Of a stretch of DNA of 64,000 bases, positions 46,901 through 64,000 are shown in pieces. The DNA is from the human T2T-CHM13v2.0 reference genome, Homo sapiens: the NCBI RefSeq assembly GCF_009914755.1, contig NC_060942.1. The stretch is one strand, 5' to 3'. A program made the translations under genes and the position numbers. Numbering within the stretch: the first letter of the stretch is position 1; each line of letters starts with the position of its first letter. The notes under the pieces were generated by a model. The model made no database searches. It saw only the letters and a program-made list of their open reading frames with translations, and was not told the DNA's origin.

Positions 46901-47797
46901 GATGGCTTCCTCCCCCTTGAGCTCAAAGAATGGGAAGTTATCCAGGGGAGGACTTGCAAATAGATTTCACCCATATGCCAAAATCAAGGGGCACTCAATA
47001 TCTCCTGGTGTAGGTGGATACCTTCACTAACTGGGTGGAAGCATTTCCATGTCGAACAGAAAGGGCCTCTGAGGTAGTAAGAGTATTAATCAATGAAATA
47101 ATTCCCTGCTTTGGACTCCCTAAATACCCCCAAAGCAACAATGGCCTTTCATTTAAAGCAGCTGTCACTCAGGGGGTCTCAAAGGCACTAGACATAAAAT
47201 ACCATTTCCATTGTGCCTAGAGACCCCAGTTCTCAGGAAAGGTAGAAAAAAAATGACATTATCAAAAGACACCTCAGAAAGTAGTCTCAAGAGACTCACC
47301 TCCCCTGGATGACTCTCCTTCCCATGGCCTTACTATGGATAAGAAATACCCCTTCAAAGTTAAGTTTAAGCCCTTTTGAAATGTTGTATGGATGACCTTT
47401 TCTTACACACGATTTCTTATTAGATCAGAAAAGCTCTGAATTAGTCAAACATGTAACATCCTTGGCTCACTTCCAACAGGAGTTAATACAGCTAACAGAA
47501 GCCCAACTGCAGGAAACAGGACCATCTTTATTTAATCTGGGAGGCTGAATACTGGTCAAGGTTCTCCCTTCTTTCCCTTTCTCTAGACCCTAGTTGACAA
47601 GGACCTTACACTATTCTTCTCTCCACCCCCTCGGCCGTAAAAGTTGCAGGAATTGACTCTTGGATTCATCACACCATCACACTCAAGTCAAAGCCTGGAA
47701 GGCTGAGGGAGAAGCCTCAGACAATTCAGAAGAGCACTCTGAATATCACTGCAAAGAAATAGGGGATCTTAAATTGAAAATCACCAAAGATAAGTAA
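43928..47797 (+). pseudogene. pol: pro-pol remnant, interrupted by THE1
   Basis: LLDAGA, PLLGRD, VLDIKDAFFCIPL, YVDD (44869), FTDGSS, QIDFTHMP, DTFTNWVEAFP; ends ...DLKLKITKDK*. Confidence 0.92.
45928..46283 (+). mobile_element. THE1 solo LTR inserted in the RNase H region
   Basis: tgatatggtttggctgtgtcccc...gactaataca; TSD GTGCT at 45923-45927 and 46284-46288. Confidence 0.95.
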
Positions 47798-47933
47798 AGG
47801 AGCGAGGGCTACTCGTCCTACTCAGTTCCACCCCTACCTTATCAGATATTTTCAATCATTTCTACCTTTCTTCTTGAAATTACTCCATAGATCCCCAAAG
47901 GGAAATTCTACATCTTGGTGAGCAAAATTTTAG

Positions 47934-48100
47934 ATGGAAATTATTTACTACACTATATTTGTGGATTTCCTATACTTACCCTTCTATTTGCAATAGGACT
48001 ATACACTGGGTACCCTCTGAGTGGAATTTTGGACAAAGAGCTGCAATTGCTGTAGTATGTTGTTTGATTGTTTTCCTTATAGTGGGTCTTTCTCTTTCTC
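47934..48100 (+). pseudogene. Putative decayed small hydrophobic (2-TM) ORF between pol and env
   Basis: With two frameshift corrections: MEIIYYTIFV-FPILTLLFAIGLYT-VPSEWNFGQRAAIAVVCCLIVFLIVGL. Confidence 0.4.
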
Positions 48101-48103
48101 AAA

Positions 48104-49748
48104 ATGACCACCCACAACCTATATATATTAGGATTGGCTTCATCGTGCTACCAGGTTTTACTGCACCCCTCCAACAATTAACAAACTCAAGGTACCTTTT
48201 AAAAACTTTAAATTTAGCACAGAAGTTGTTAAACACCACCAACCCAACTTTGAAAATGAACTGCTGGCTTTGCCTGTCATCCTTATCTCAATACGTTGCC
48301 ATCCCAGTCCCAGCCCGATAGTGGGCCCTTAATAAGATGACCTACCAACCAAAATATAAGAGGGAGTCCCCTTCAGGTTAATGAAATTCCAAATTAATGA
48401 GATGACAAGGATCACACCAACAGGTCAAGCTGTAAACCTTCTCCAGTCCTATCAGGGCAACCTTTCTGGGGTTGCATCCCCCCAAAAACCCATTTGGGGC
48501 TCAATATCAACAAACACAGAACTAAAATTCCAAGCACCACTTTGCATTAGGGGAAGCCAAAATTTTGTTCAGGACCTGAGAACCCTAAAAAAAATCAGTG
48601 CAACTACACTCTAGAGATTAACCCCTCACATGATCATATAAACCACATGGTTACCCAAACTGCACCATTTAGACCTGTATGCTTCTCAGGGAAGCCATCC
48701 ATAAATAAGGGGACTTTGAAAGATGTGCAATCTGGGTATTGTGTAAATAGACCCACTAGTTGTGTTCATATTTTCCTGTGGGAAGATTGTACTACCCCTG
48801 AGGAGTCTAAGTGCCTGTTAGTACCCCAGTATGAAAAAGCTCCTGACTGGCTGCTGATGGATATCAAATGCAACTGCCTACGCTGGGGAAACAAAAATGT
48901 TGGGGTAAAACAGGATATTTCCCAGGGTCCTTTCCAACCTTTAACTGGGGCCACCTTGGCAGGAACCCTAACCACCTGGGGAAGTGGGAATGGCAAACGA
49001 ACCTGTATGTTCTCCATAGAAAATAATTTCTGCCTCAAAAAAACAGGGAGTCTTCTTCCTGTGTGGAACCAACTCCTACTTATTTTACCAGCCAATTGGA
49101 CTAGAACCTGTAACTTCTTTACCTGGCTCCAGAAATTAATATAGCCCCCAACAACCAATCCCTTATTATACCTTTAACTACAACAGTTGAGCATAAATGA
49201 GCTATCCAGTACATACCTCTTTTGGTAGGGTTGGGAATCACCACAAGTGTAGGGACAGGGGTTGTAGGACTCGCAACCTCTCTTTCCCACTATGAAGACT
49301 TGTCCAAAGATTTTACAGAAAGTTTAAAGGAGATGGCCTGAACCATGGATACTATACAAAATCAAATAGACTCCCTGGCTCTACAAAATAGGAGGTGACT
49401 AGACCTCTCAGCTGCTGAAAAGGGTGGCCTATGTTTCTTTCTAAAGGAAGAGGTGCTGTTTCTATGTCAACCAATAGGGATAGTAAGGTATGCCACCTGA
49501 AAATTAGCCATTTGGGCCTCTAAGATATGACAATGACTGTCTGAGTCATGGGCTTTTGGTCTAAATGGCTGAATTTGGGATCATGGCTCCTCCCTTTGGC
49601 AGGCCTGCTATTAATGATTATTCTAGCTTTAATCTTTGGACCATGTTTGTTAAATCTCCTAACTAGATTCATCTCTTCTTGCCCAGAAGCTATCAAACTC
49701 CAAATGGTACTACAAATGGAGACACACATGAACACACCATGGTTCTGA
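48104..49748 (+). pseudogene. env: Gamma-type env remnant
   Basis: NCWLCL (CxxC) at about 48260; decayed furin site HK*|AIQYIPLLVGLGI at 49198; ISD LQNRR*LDLSAAEKGGLC; TM WLLPLAGLLLMIILALIFGPC. Confidence 0.9.
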
Positions 49749-49884
49749 GGACCTTAGATCGACCTCAGGAGGAACCCTAGCTGCTGTTTCCCCACTCAAA
49801 GATCCCCTCCAGCAAGAAGTAGCTAGACAAGTCATCAATCAAACCCCCTAACAGCAGTTAGGGTCTCCACTCCTGAGGGGGTAA

Positions 49885-51108
<1,224 letters not shown>

Positions 51109-51336
51109 TTAATATTCTGCTTTGTTGTAGAGTCTACAAAACAGGTGTCAATGTAAATCTTTCTTCATAAGAATGATTTGGAAGTTCTCCTTTATTTTCA
51201 TTGCTCTAGAATGATTTATGTAACATTGGGATCATCTGGTTTTGAAGATTTAGTAGAATTCCTCATGAAACTATCTGGGGCTAGAGCTCTTTTGTGAGAT
51301 AGTTTCTTGATGACTTTTTGTGTTTCTTCTAATTAG

Positions 51337-51724
<388 letters not shown>

Positions 51725-52498
51725 TGATTTTTCTAAAAGTTTTTTTCAATGATTATTTTCCCCTTGTCAGTCCTTATTTTGTATATTTGCATTTTTTTCC
51801 TTCTTAGCTATTGTTCATCTATTTTGTTAACTTTTTTCAAGGAAACAGACTTTTAATTATTAATTATATTATAATTCATTTTGTTACTTTTATCTTCATT
51901 ACTTCTTTGTGCTTTCTTTTTTTTTTATTATTATGGCTTGAACTGTTAGAGAAAATTGTTCTTTCTTTTGGCTTTCTTTCCTGTTCTTTTTCTAGATTTT
52001 TGACTTTCTTTTGGCTTTCTTTCCTGTTCTCTTTCTAGATTTTTGAATTAGGATTTTAATTCATTTATTTTCATCCTTTTGCTTTTATTAGTATCAGTTT
52101 TTAAAGCTATGAATTTCCTCTGTTCACTTTTTAAAGTATATTCTATACATTCTGAAATGTAGTGCTGTCATTATCATTATTTTAAAAACTCTGTAACTTT
52201 TAATAAAATGTTTTTTATTTCTATGTGGAATAAAAATCAGGAATAAGCCAGAAATAATTTTTTAATTTTTTTCTGATTTTGTAATTTCTAGTTTTATTAC
52301 ATGTTATCAAAGGATAATGTTAAACACAGATGAGCCAGTTGCTAAAAATTAAATTAAAAGATAGGAAAACACAGATATTAAGAAATACATGAATACAAAT
52401 ATAACCAATAGAACAAAATACAAAATACAAACCTTCCTCACCTTCCCCAGCTGCACCTGGACATTGCCCTTATTCTTCCTCAGTCAGCATGGACATGG

Positions 52499-53277
<779 letters not shown>

Positions 53278-53334
53278 CAGCTTGGACCTTTTTTGGGGAC
53301 ATAATTCAATCCACTGCATGGATCACTCACATGC

Positions 53335-53535
53335 CAACAATGGTGCTAAGCCATTTACATGAACAGGTGCATTTGGCACTCATAAAACATCAGATACTAT
53401 TATTTTGCCCATTTACAAATGAGAAAACTAAAGTTAGACTAGAGGTTGAGTTAGTTGCTCAAGATTTCGCTTCTAATAATGTAAAGACTTGGAAATCAGA
53501 CCCAGGCAGGCTGACTCCAGAGCTATCACCCTACA
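53335..53535 (-). mobile_element. MIR
   Basis: cccatttacaaatgagaaaactaa core. Confidence 0.6.
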
Positions 53536-54390
53536 TCATGACCCTGCACCTCATCTTTTACACGCTAGGCTTTGTGGAACTGCTGCATGTAAGGGAGAAG
53601 AGCAGAGGAACGCCAGGTCTCATTTGGGAAACCATGGACTAGAGTGTAAAAGGGGGAGAAGCCAGGGAACCTCTTCCCTATTCCTTTATCTTCCACCTCC
53701 TCCATGCTGTCTTCAGACTTTTAATACCTCTAACTGGTCTCTCCAGATCCCAAATAAGGTGTATTGTCTAGTTTGGGGCCCCAAACATATTTTAATTAGG
53801 CTTGTCTTTATTGTGAAAATCAGAGACCCATACAGTATTGTTCTGTTAAAGGGTCTGCTACCCTCAGGGGATGACTGGCACATAAGGAAACAGCAATCAA
53901 ATGGGAGCTCAAGAGCAAAAACTGCAACACAGTAGGGCATCACGAGAATTCCAGGTGGGAGTTGTCTGGTCCTGAGGCAACTCGAGGGACGGTGGTTCTC
54001 CTGGACCTCCCTCATGGGCCACTGGTCTGTGGCTCTCCTCTTTGCTCCATTTGGTACTAACTAGCTCCCCCTGCTCCCTCATGATTTCGCCCCCTCATTG
54101 GCTTGCACCCTGCTTTAGTTGGCATGGCCTTAGTTTCCCCTGTTGCTCTCTGCCCTATCTCCTTGGTATTTCTTAGTTTAGATTATTGGGAGAGAGAGTT
54201 TGCACAGTCCAGCCCCTTTCCTCTGGCAATTCAGACTGACTGCCTTAAGCCATGTGCCCATCCTGCCCAGACAGCCACAGCGAGGAGGAGGGCAGCATGT
54301 GTGGGAGAGTGATGCACCATACGGGCCAGTGAAGCAGGTGTCCTCACAGATACTGTGGGTGTAGTAGTCATTTTAAGAAATGGCCCTTCT

Positions 54391-55073
<683 letters not shown>

Positions 55074-55100
55074 TCAAGATGAAGCATAAAGTGGGTTGGG

Positions 55101-55728
<628 letters not shown>

Positions 55729-55956
55729 AATTTTAAAAATTCTTTAAAAAATTGGGTTAGTGGTTTGAGCTCATGCCCCATGAGAGTCTAAGAATCCCCA
55801 GCCTGTCTAGCATCTGCTTGTTTGGCCATAATGCTAGGGTAAGCTGAGTCCCATTGCTGCACAGGTTATAGCCCACCTAACTCTAGCCCATCACTGACTC
55901 ATTTTGGTTCTTGTTCTAAGGCTGTTCTGTCCTGTGTACAGATCTGCATGGAGCTT

Positions 55957-56426
55957 GTACTACTTTTCTGTTGCCACTGTAGCAAACTATCACAAGGTTA
56001 GTGGCTTAAAACAATACAAATGTATTATCTTAGCGTTCTGCAAGTTTTAAGTCCAATACAGTCCTCACTTTGACACCTTAAAATCAAGGTGTGAGCAGGG
56101 CTGTGTTCTTTACTGGAGACTCTTGTAGAGAATCTGCTCCTTGCCTTTTGCAGCTTCTAGAGGCCACCTGCTTGTGCTCCCTTCCTCCACCTTCAATAGC
56201 AGGTTGAGTTCTTCCCACATCATATCACTCTGACCTCTTCTGCCTCACTTCTCCACTTTTAAGGAACCTGGATAATCCATGATGCTCTTCCTATCTTAAA
56301 CTTGGCTAGTTGGTGATCTTAAGTCCAACTCTGGCCTTAACTCCTCTTTGCCATGTGATATGTTCACAGGGTCCTGGGATTAGAATGTGGACATCTTTGG
56401 GGAACCATTATTCTGCCTACTACACA
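55957..56426 (-). mobile_element. MLT1 solo LTR
   Basis: gtggcttaaaacaatacaaatgtattatctta...ccattattctgcctactaca. Confidence 0.8.
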
Positions 56427-56563
56427 GCTCAGCAAACATTTAATAAGGTTCTGCGTATGTAAGGAACTGTGATGAGGCATTATCGTGCTCCAAAGTAAGT
56501 AGAGATTGAGTAGAAAGATCAAGGTCCTCTAGACAATACATGAACTTATTTAGATCTTCACTC

Positions 56564-56597
56564 ACACAACACACACACACACACACACACACACACC
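56564..56597. repeat. (CA)n microsatellite
   Basis: Direct observation. Confidence 0.95.
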
Positions 56598-57685
56598 CCA
56601 TAAATCATAGGTCAGGAATCAGGGATTCAGTATACAAGTTATCCAAAGCACAGTGGGAGTAAAGACCAGCTTTAAGGAGATGGCTTTACTTGGATTCTGT
56701 GATCTGCAACTTCATGACTTTTAAAAAGCAATTTCAATAGAGCAGTTGTGATGCTAGTAAGTGGCACAGACAGAAGGATTGAAAAGGAAGCAAGAAAACC
56801 AAGGTTCAGTGAGCATCACTTACAGTCAGAAATTTACCAAAGAAAGAAGGAAACAGGACTGGAGTGAGACTGTTTGTTCCCTTTTGACCTTTCCAAGATC
56901 ATGGCCCCACTATATATTTAACCTGGAACCTCAGAACACTCCTGGATGAGATGTTCACTGGAACCGGAGCATGGCAGGAAAGATGACAGCTACCTCACTG
57001 CACAGGTGACAGGTGCCTCTCCTACACACTCATGGTATATGATGCTCACCTGAGCCACTTCTGCAGAAAGGACTTAAGGTGCTGCAGGTATCATTCAGGG
57101 TCTCAGCAGCCAAGAGATGGCTGCTCAAAGGGGCAACAGAAGAGAGTTTAAAGAAGGGACTATTTTCAGAGGGGATGGGAGAGTTAGGGAGACTGAAAAG
57201 CATGGAAGCACCGAGGAATATCGTTAAACCCCTAAGCCCACAGGGGAAAGGGGCAGGCAGGAGCTGTTATTGGAAGAACCCAGTGATAGCTGTGGTCTCA
57301 GGACAGGGTCTGCTGATGAGAGCTGTGTGGCCAGGCCTTGGGTGGAGAATAAATATCTGCTCCCCTTTTGTGCCATCCTCTGATCTGCTGCTGGTGCCTC
57401 CATGGCTGCTCTAATAAAAAGCCAGAGGACAAGAACCCCTGGTGGCTACAGACCCTAGAAGTCAGCCTTTGAGGGCACAGAAGGGACAGAGGGTAGAGCA
57501 AACAGAAAATATCCAGCCACTACCTCCCTCTCGTTTACCCCTTTTCCCAGCAGTTCTAGAAATGGCTGGATCAGGTAAAGCTCTTTGCAGGGATAGCAGA
57601 AAGTTTCAGTCACCATAACTAGAGCCCAGGGGTCAACAGCTAAGGAAAGAAGCTTCAAGAGAAAAGAGAAAGAAAGGCAATGGAG

Positions 57686-57995
57686 GTTGGGCACAGTGGC
57701 TCACACCAGTAATCCCAGCACTTTGGGAGGCTGAGGCACGCGGATCGCTTTAGCTCAGGAGTTTGAGACCAGCCTGGGCAACACAGTGAAACCCTGTCTC
57801 TACAAAAATTAGCCAAGCATGGTGTCATGCACCTGTGGTCCCAACTACTTGGGAGGCTAAGGCAGGAGGATCACTGAGCCTGGGAGGTCGAGGCTGCAAT
57901 GAGCTGTGATCACACCACTGCACTCCAACCTGTGTGACAGAACAAGACCCGGTCTCAAACAAAGAAACAGACAGACAAACAAAACAAATAAAGAA
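57686..57995 (+). mobile_element. AluJ
   Basis: Dimeric Alu; TSD-like agaaaggcaatgga/agaaggcagtgga. Confidence 0.9.
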
Positions 57996-59816
57996 AGGCA
58001 GTGGAAAGGGAGAAAAGAGACGCCCCAGGCAGGGTTGGGAGGCAGAGAGTAATGCAGTGGAGGAGACTCTCTGCTGTCACACTATCGCAGGGCTAAGCTC
58101 AGAGGCTTTGTTTAAAAATCGGTGCATTGAGCTGTTTACCCACCTTGAGCACATTCAACACCCCCACATCTGTCATTAGTTTGGATGTGCTCATGGAACC
58201 ATCCATGCTGCTCCTGGATGTTATATTAAAGCACTTTTTAATTACCACATTTTCCAAGGCAGAGAAAGCCTAATCTGAACGCAGTTTTAAAACCAACAGC
58301 AATCAGCAGAGATTCATCAATTAGCATTTGGCATTAAGCAATGCAGAACATTTTCCAAGGCTCCAAGGGCCTCTCCACACCTGAACATTTTTACAAGTTT
58401 CATTCTCTCCTGTTTGAATAATATTTGGGGATCTTGACTTGCAGTCTTGACTGACAGATAGTTTTTCTCAGCTGCCAAAAGAATAACCAATTTTCTACGG
58501 TAGCTCTTTTCTAACTCAAACAGTACAGCTTCAACAAAGCTCTTTACTCTGCTACACAATTTTTTTTCAAAGAAAAAAAGTAGCTGTGCTTCAAACCACT
58601 AATCATAATTTATTATAACAATGCTTCCCAGGAAGCAGAGTTCTTGTTATAAATAACTGCTGAGGAGCAGGATGGAGTAACTGTTTATTTAGTTTCAATC
58701 TACTTGTTCAGAATTTGTCACCCATTAAAACTTAACTCACAATCAGATGTAAATTCAAAATGTTGTGGAGGCATTGTCAACTTTGGGCTAAATATTTCCT
58801 AGTTATTTTCTCTCTTTTTTTCAAGAATTTTATTTATGTTATATCTGCCCTTTTTTCTAATTGAGGGGGAAAAATTTACCCTGAAATGTTAACGCATTTG
58901 TGCCTTTTCCATGAGGTTGAAGTGTACGACTTTTGGACATCACAGATATTTTCAAATGCTGGGTTGTGAGAATTTGGAAATGTGAAGCTCTACCGGGCAC
59001 TCCTTCATCAAGTATCAAAATGAAGAGTCCTCTTGTTCCATAGTCACACTACTGAGTTTTGTACTGATCCTCAGTTTCCTTATCTATACAATGGGGATGA
59101 TAACATGTAGCTTACACAATTGTGAAGATTGAGTATAATCTAAGCATTTGGCACAAGACTGAATATAGGAAGCAGTTCTTACTTTTATTCTTTACCAGCT
59201 AGGGATAGGCAACATGACAAACAGTGAAGTGGGTGAGAGAGTAAAGTATTTTTGCTTATGGCTGATCTCTGAGTCCATAATGGGAATTGCCTACAAATAA
59301 ACAGCGGAGCATGATAGTCTCTAAGCAGGCCAGACTTCTGAAATCCTCAATGCTTAATTCACAATGCAGTCACCAGAACTAAATGGTTTTAAATTACTTG
59401 AGTCTCAAGTGGCTGGGGTGACAAATACATCATTCAGTCACCTTCCTAGCTGCTTCTGACTTTCAGATCATTTTGTACCATGGACTGAGATTTCCTTCTT
59501 CCAAAGGAAGGAAGGGATTTGGCTCCTGTCCTTCTCTGGTGTGAATTCATAAGACTACAGAGTTCTGAAAATTCCTGGCAAGAAAGTTGCTTCATAATGA
59601 TGTTTCACTTATAGTGATTAAGATGTCACTTCTAGCAGCTGAGAATGTTGTTATATAGAGATCTAATTCGGTGGTACCTAACGATATGAAAATGGCAGCA
59701 CACAAAAGTTTCTGATGCATTTCATTTTTTGTGGATGCAATTCATAGTTTTATTACTGTCTGTAATGAGATAAAGCAATATGTGGTTATGGCAAATGCTA
59801 AAAACAAGAAAAGCAT

Positions 59817-60402
59817 TGTGCAGTAAAGAGTTAACTCAGCAGGTTTGGGCTGCTCAAACCCTGAACATTCTCAATCTTCAGGACTGGCCCTTGACCCAAC
59901 TCTTGATTGATAACCTCTGAGCTTGTGGTGTATCCTGCCTGAAGCCTGAGGCCCTGGGCCACACCAGATAGTGTGTGCTCATAATGTTATTTATGGTAAA
60001 CAACTGTTTTTGTGTGCCTGAGACTTTCGGCCACACTGTATCAGTTTGACCTCTGGAATGCTGAGTTCTGAGTGGCTGAGGTCAGGCATGCAGGTGCTGT
60101 ATGCTTATGTGACTGTTCTCCTGAATACCAAGACTCAAGTGAGTTTCCCCGGTGGGCTACGCTTTGCACATGTCACATTGTTGCTGGGAAAATTAAGCAC
60201 TATCTGTGTGACTTCACTGGGTAAGGAAAACTAGAAGCATTCCCTAGTTTTTCTTAGACTCCATCCTCTGTGCCTTTTCCCTTTGCTGATTTTAATCTGC
60301 GTTCTTTTGCTGTAATAAACTGTAACTGTTAGTATAACAGCTTTTCTGAGTCCTACCAGTGAGTCATAGAACCTGAAGATGCTCTTGGGAACCCTCAGTG
60401 CA
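59817..60402 (+). mobile_element. MER21-family solo LTR
   Basis: tgtgcagtaaagagttaactcagcagg...; AATAAA at about 60314; TSD AGCAT at 59812-59816 and 60403-60407. Confidence 0.8.
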
Positions 60403-61149
60403 AGCATAAAAAATAAGCATCACCTATTATCCTACTTCTAAAGATAATATTTTCCTTAAAAATATATATATGTATGTGTATATATTATATACACTCGAAC
60501 ACTTTTGTTTATGGAAAATAGATCATACTACATACTCTGTTTAGTAACCTTTTCTTGGTTAATATATAATGAACACATTTTTATGCCCTTAAATATAGAA
60601 ATATTATTTGTATACCTTTCCATTGTATAGATTTTGGTGCATTTATTTAACCAGTCATCTACTGATAGTCATACGGGTTCTTTATCTCTTTTTTGGCATT
60701 ACTAACAATGTTCCAATAAACACTCTTGTAGGTAGCCTCTTTGCAAGCTCATCTAATTATTTGTAATACAGGGACTGTAATAAATATTAAATATTAAAAG
60801 CTTTGGTGACAATCACTTGAAGTGATTAATAAGATGTGTTAAAACAGGTAATGTTTTCAGACTTCTACGCAGAAGAATCCTGATCTTTAAAATGATTGGA
60901 ACTGGGCTAGAATCTGAATCCAGTAAATTTATGGAAACCAGGGTAGCCATCATTTTTCAATATGTCCATATCATGGGTTATTAGGTCCTAAAATATGCAT
61001 TCTCCATTGGTCTTAAAGATTTATCCCATGAGTTTCCATTGAGATTTATTATACTCCACTTCCCAAAAGTTAGTTAGCTATTTAAAAAACAAAACAAAAC
61101 AACCTGGCCTGGCCTAAAACCAGTAAGTTACATGATAAAAGAAAAAAAA

Positions 61150-61237
61150 TCCACCAGTAGTTTAACTGTCTACCAGGATAAAAGTTAACAATCTTCCACT
61201 AGTAGTTTAACTGCCTGCCAGAATAAAACTTAACAAT
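61150..61237 (+). repeat. Two-copy tandem repeat, period 45 bp
   Basis: tccaccagtagtttaactgtctaccaggataaaagttaacaat / tccactagtagtttaactgcctgccagaataaaacttaacaat. Confidence 0.85.
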
Positions 61238-63245
61238 TTTAGATAAAAACAACATAGCCCAGGATCTCTACAATGTATCATTCACGATGTCTAGCTTTCA
61301 GAAAAACTTGCTAGAAAATGTGATCCATTACAAAATGTGATCCATAAAAAAGAGCTAAAAAGCAAATTAAGCATACCCATTAATGACTCAGATATCAGAA
61401 TCACCAGACAAGAATTTGGAAAAAAAATACCAAAACAAACAAAAAAAGTTAGTATAAATATGTTAAAGGAGTTAGAGGAAAATATGTAAAATGAGTGAAC
61501 AGAAGATGAAAAATTCCAAAAGAGAAAGAAGAACTCTTAAAAAGAACCAAATGGTTCTTTATAGAATTGAAAATTCAATATCTAAAACAAAGAATTCATT
61601 AGAGGGCTTAACTGAAAACTGAACACAGAAGAAATGAACAGTAAAATCAAAGATAGATCAGTAAAAACCATCCAAAATAAGTCACATAGAGAAAATAACA
61701 ATAAGCAAAAACATCTGGCCAAGCATGGTGGCTCATGCATATATGGAGTCCCAGAAGGAGAACACAGAATTGGGGGAAATATTTTTGGAAACAATGAATA
61801 AAATTGTTCCAAAATTGATGAAATACATCAATCTACAGATCCAAGAAGCTAAGTGTACCCCAAGCAGAAGAAGCAAAGGAAACCACACTGTACACATCAT
61901 AGTCAAACTTCAGAAAACAAAGATAAAGAGAAAAATCTTAAAAGTAGCTGAAGGGGGAAAAGGGACATGTTGCACTCAGGAGAACTATGTCAATAATAAT
62001 TGATGTGGTGGTTAATTTTAGATGTCAATCTGACTGGATTAAGGGATATCCAGATGGCTGGTAAAGTGTTATTTCTGGGCATGTCTCTGAAGCTGTTTCT
62101 AGAAGAGACTGGCATTTGAATCAGTGGACTGAATAAAGAAGATCTACTCAAGGTGTATGGGCAACATCCAATTGGCTGAAGGGCCATAGAATAAAAAGGC
62201 AGAGGAAAGGTGAATTTCTCCCTCCCCCCACCACTCTCGCTCTCTCCTCTGGAGCTGGGGCACCCTTCTTCTCCTGCCCTTGGACATCAGAACTCCAGGT
62301 TTTCCAGCCTTTGGACTCTGGGACTTGTACCAGCAGCCCCCTTAGACCTCTGGCCTCAGATGGAGTGTTACACTGTTAGCTTTCCTGGATCTGAGGCATT
62401 CAGACTAGGTAGGACTGAGCCACTTTACTGGCTTCCTTAGGTCTCCAGCTTGTAGACGGTCTATCATAGGACTTCACAGGTTCACAAAATCACATAATCC
62501 ATAATAAATCCTCTCTCATATATCTGTATCTATCTACATATCTATCTCTCTATCTCCTATTGGTTCTGTCTCTTTGGAAAACTCTGACTAATACAACTGA
62601 CTTCTCATAAAAAATGATGGAAACCAGAAGACAGTAGAATGTCATTTCTTAAGCACTAAAAGCAAATACTAGTCTACTTAGAATTCTAGACCCAGTAAAA
62701 ATATCCTTCAAAATGAAGACAAACTACAAACATTTTTCAGACAAATAAAAATAAGGAGAATTTATTACCAAGAGACCCACACTGCAAAAAGATGCTAAAG
62801 GAAAATGATCTTAGATAAAGGCCCAGATCTGCAGGAAGAAGTAAACCGTCATGGAAATGGTGATGATGTGGATAAACATAGGATTATTTTAAATATTTAT
62901 CTTTTTAAATTTGAAAACAAGCTTATTCTAAAATCTATATGGAAAGGCAAATGACCTAGAATGGCAAGAAAAGCTTTGAAAAAGAATAATAAAGTAAGAT
63001 AAATTACTCTACCCAATTTTTAGACTTACTATATAGCTACAGTAATCAAGAAAGTGTGGTATTGGTGGAGGAATAAACATATAGATCAATGAGACAAAAC
63101 ACAGAACCCAGAAAAAAAAACAAAACAAATAGGTCCAAACAACTTTGACAAAGGTACAAAAACAATTCAATGGAGAAAGGATAGTCTAGTCAATAAATGG
63201 TGCTGGACCAATTGGCAAAAACAAAACAAAAACAATAAACCTGAC
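61200..63245 (+). mobile_element. Old L1M ORF1/ORF2 fragments interrupted by MLT2B
   Basis: INLQIQEA...HIIVKLQKTKIKRKILK (ORF1-like); tactatatagctacagtaatcaag...tggtattgg (ORF2-like). Confidence 0.75.
62004..62595 (+). mobile_element. MLT2B-like solo LTR
   Basis: tgtggtggttaattttagatgtcaatctgactggattaaggg...gactaataca; TSD attga/actga. Confidence 0.85.
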
Positions 63246-63249
63246 ACCA

Positions 63250-64000
<751 letters not shown>

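Overview
Primate (human-like) genomic DNA, almost all retroelement-derived. I see no intact cellular gene, RNA gene or CRISPR array. Four near-full-length, coding-defective endogenous proviruses lie in the first 51 kb, all on the + strand. They are a HERV-I/HERVIP10-type provirus with LTR10-like LTRs and a tRNA-Pro PBS (1410-9975), a HERV-H/LTR7 provirus inserted into an Alu (13518-19892), a HERV-L/MLT2A provirus with dUTPase (24498-31053), and a class I provirus with MER83/MER84-like LTRs and HERV-W/9-related gag-pol (42034-50804). The window also holds a full-length processed pseudogene of NRBF2 (11034-12898), a 5'-inverted young L1PA (35596-38473), several solo LTRs, older L1M, MIR and L3 fragments, and about 20 Alus. 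The most interesting signals are a decayed two-transmembrane ORF between pol and env of the fourth provirus, tandem p53 response elements in a solo LTR, a deep nest of insertions readable from target-site duplications (TSDs), repeated reuse of the same L1-endonuclease sites, and three short perfect fold-back palindromes that look like template-switch scars. Subfamily names come from recalled consensus sequences and should be confirmed with Dfam/RepeatMasker.
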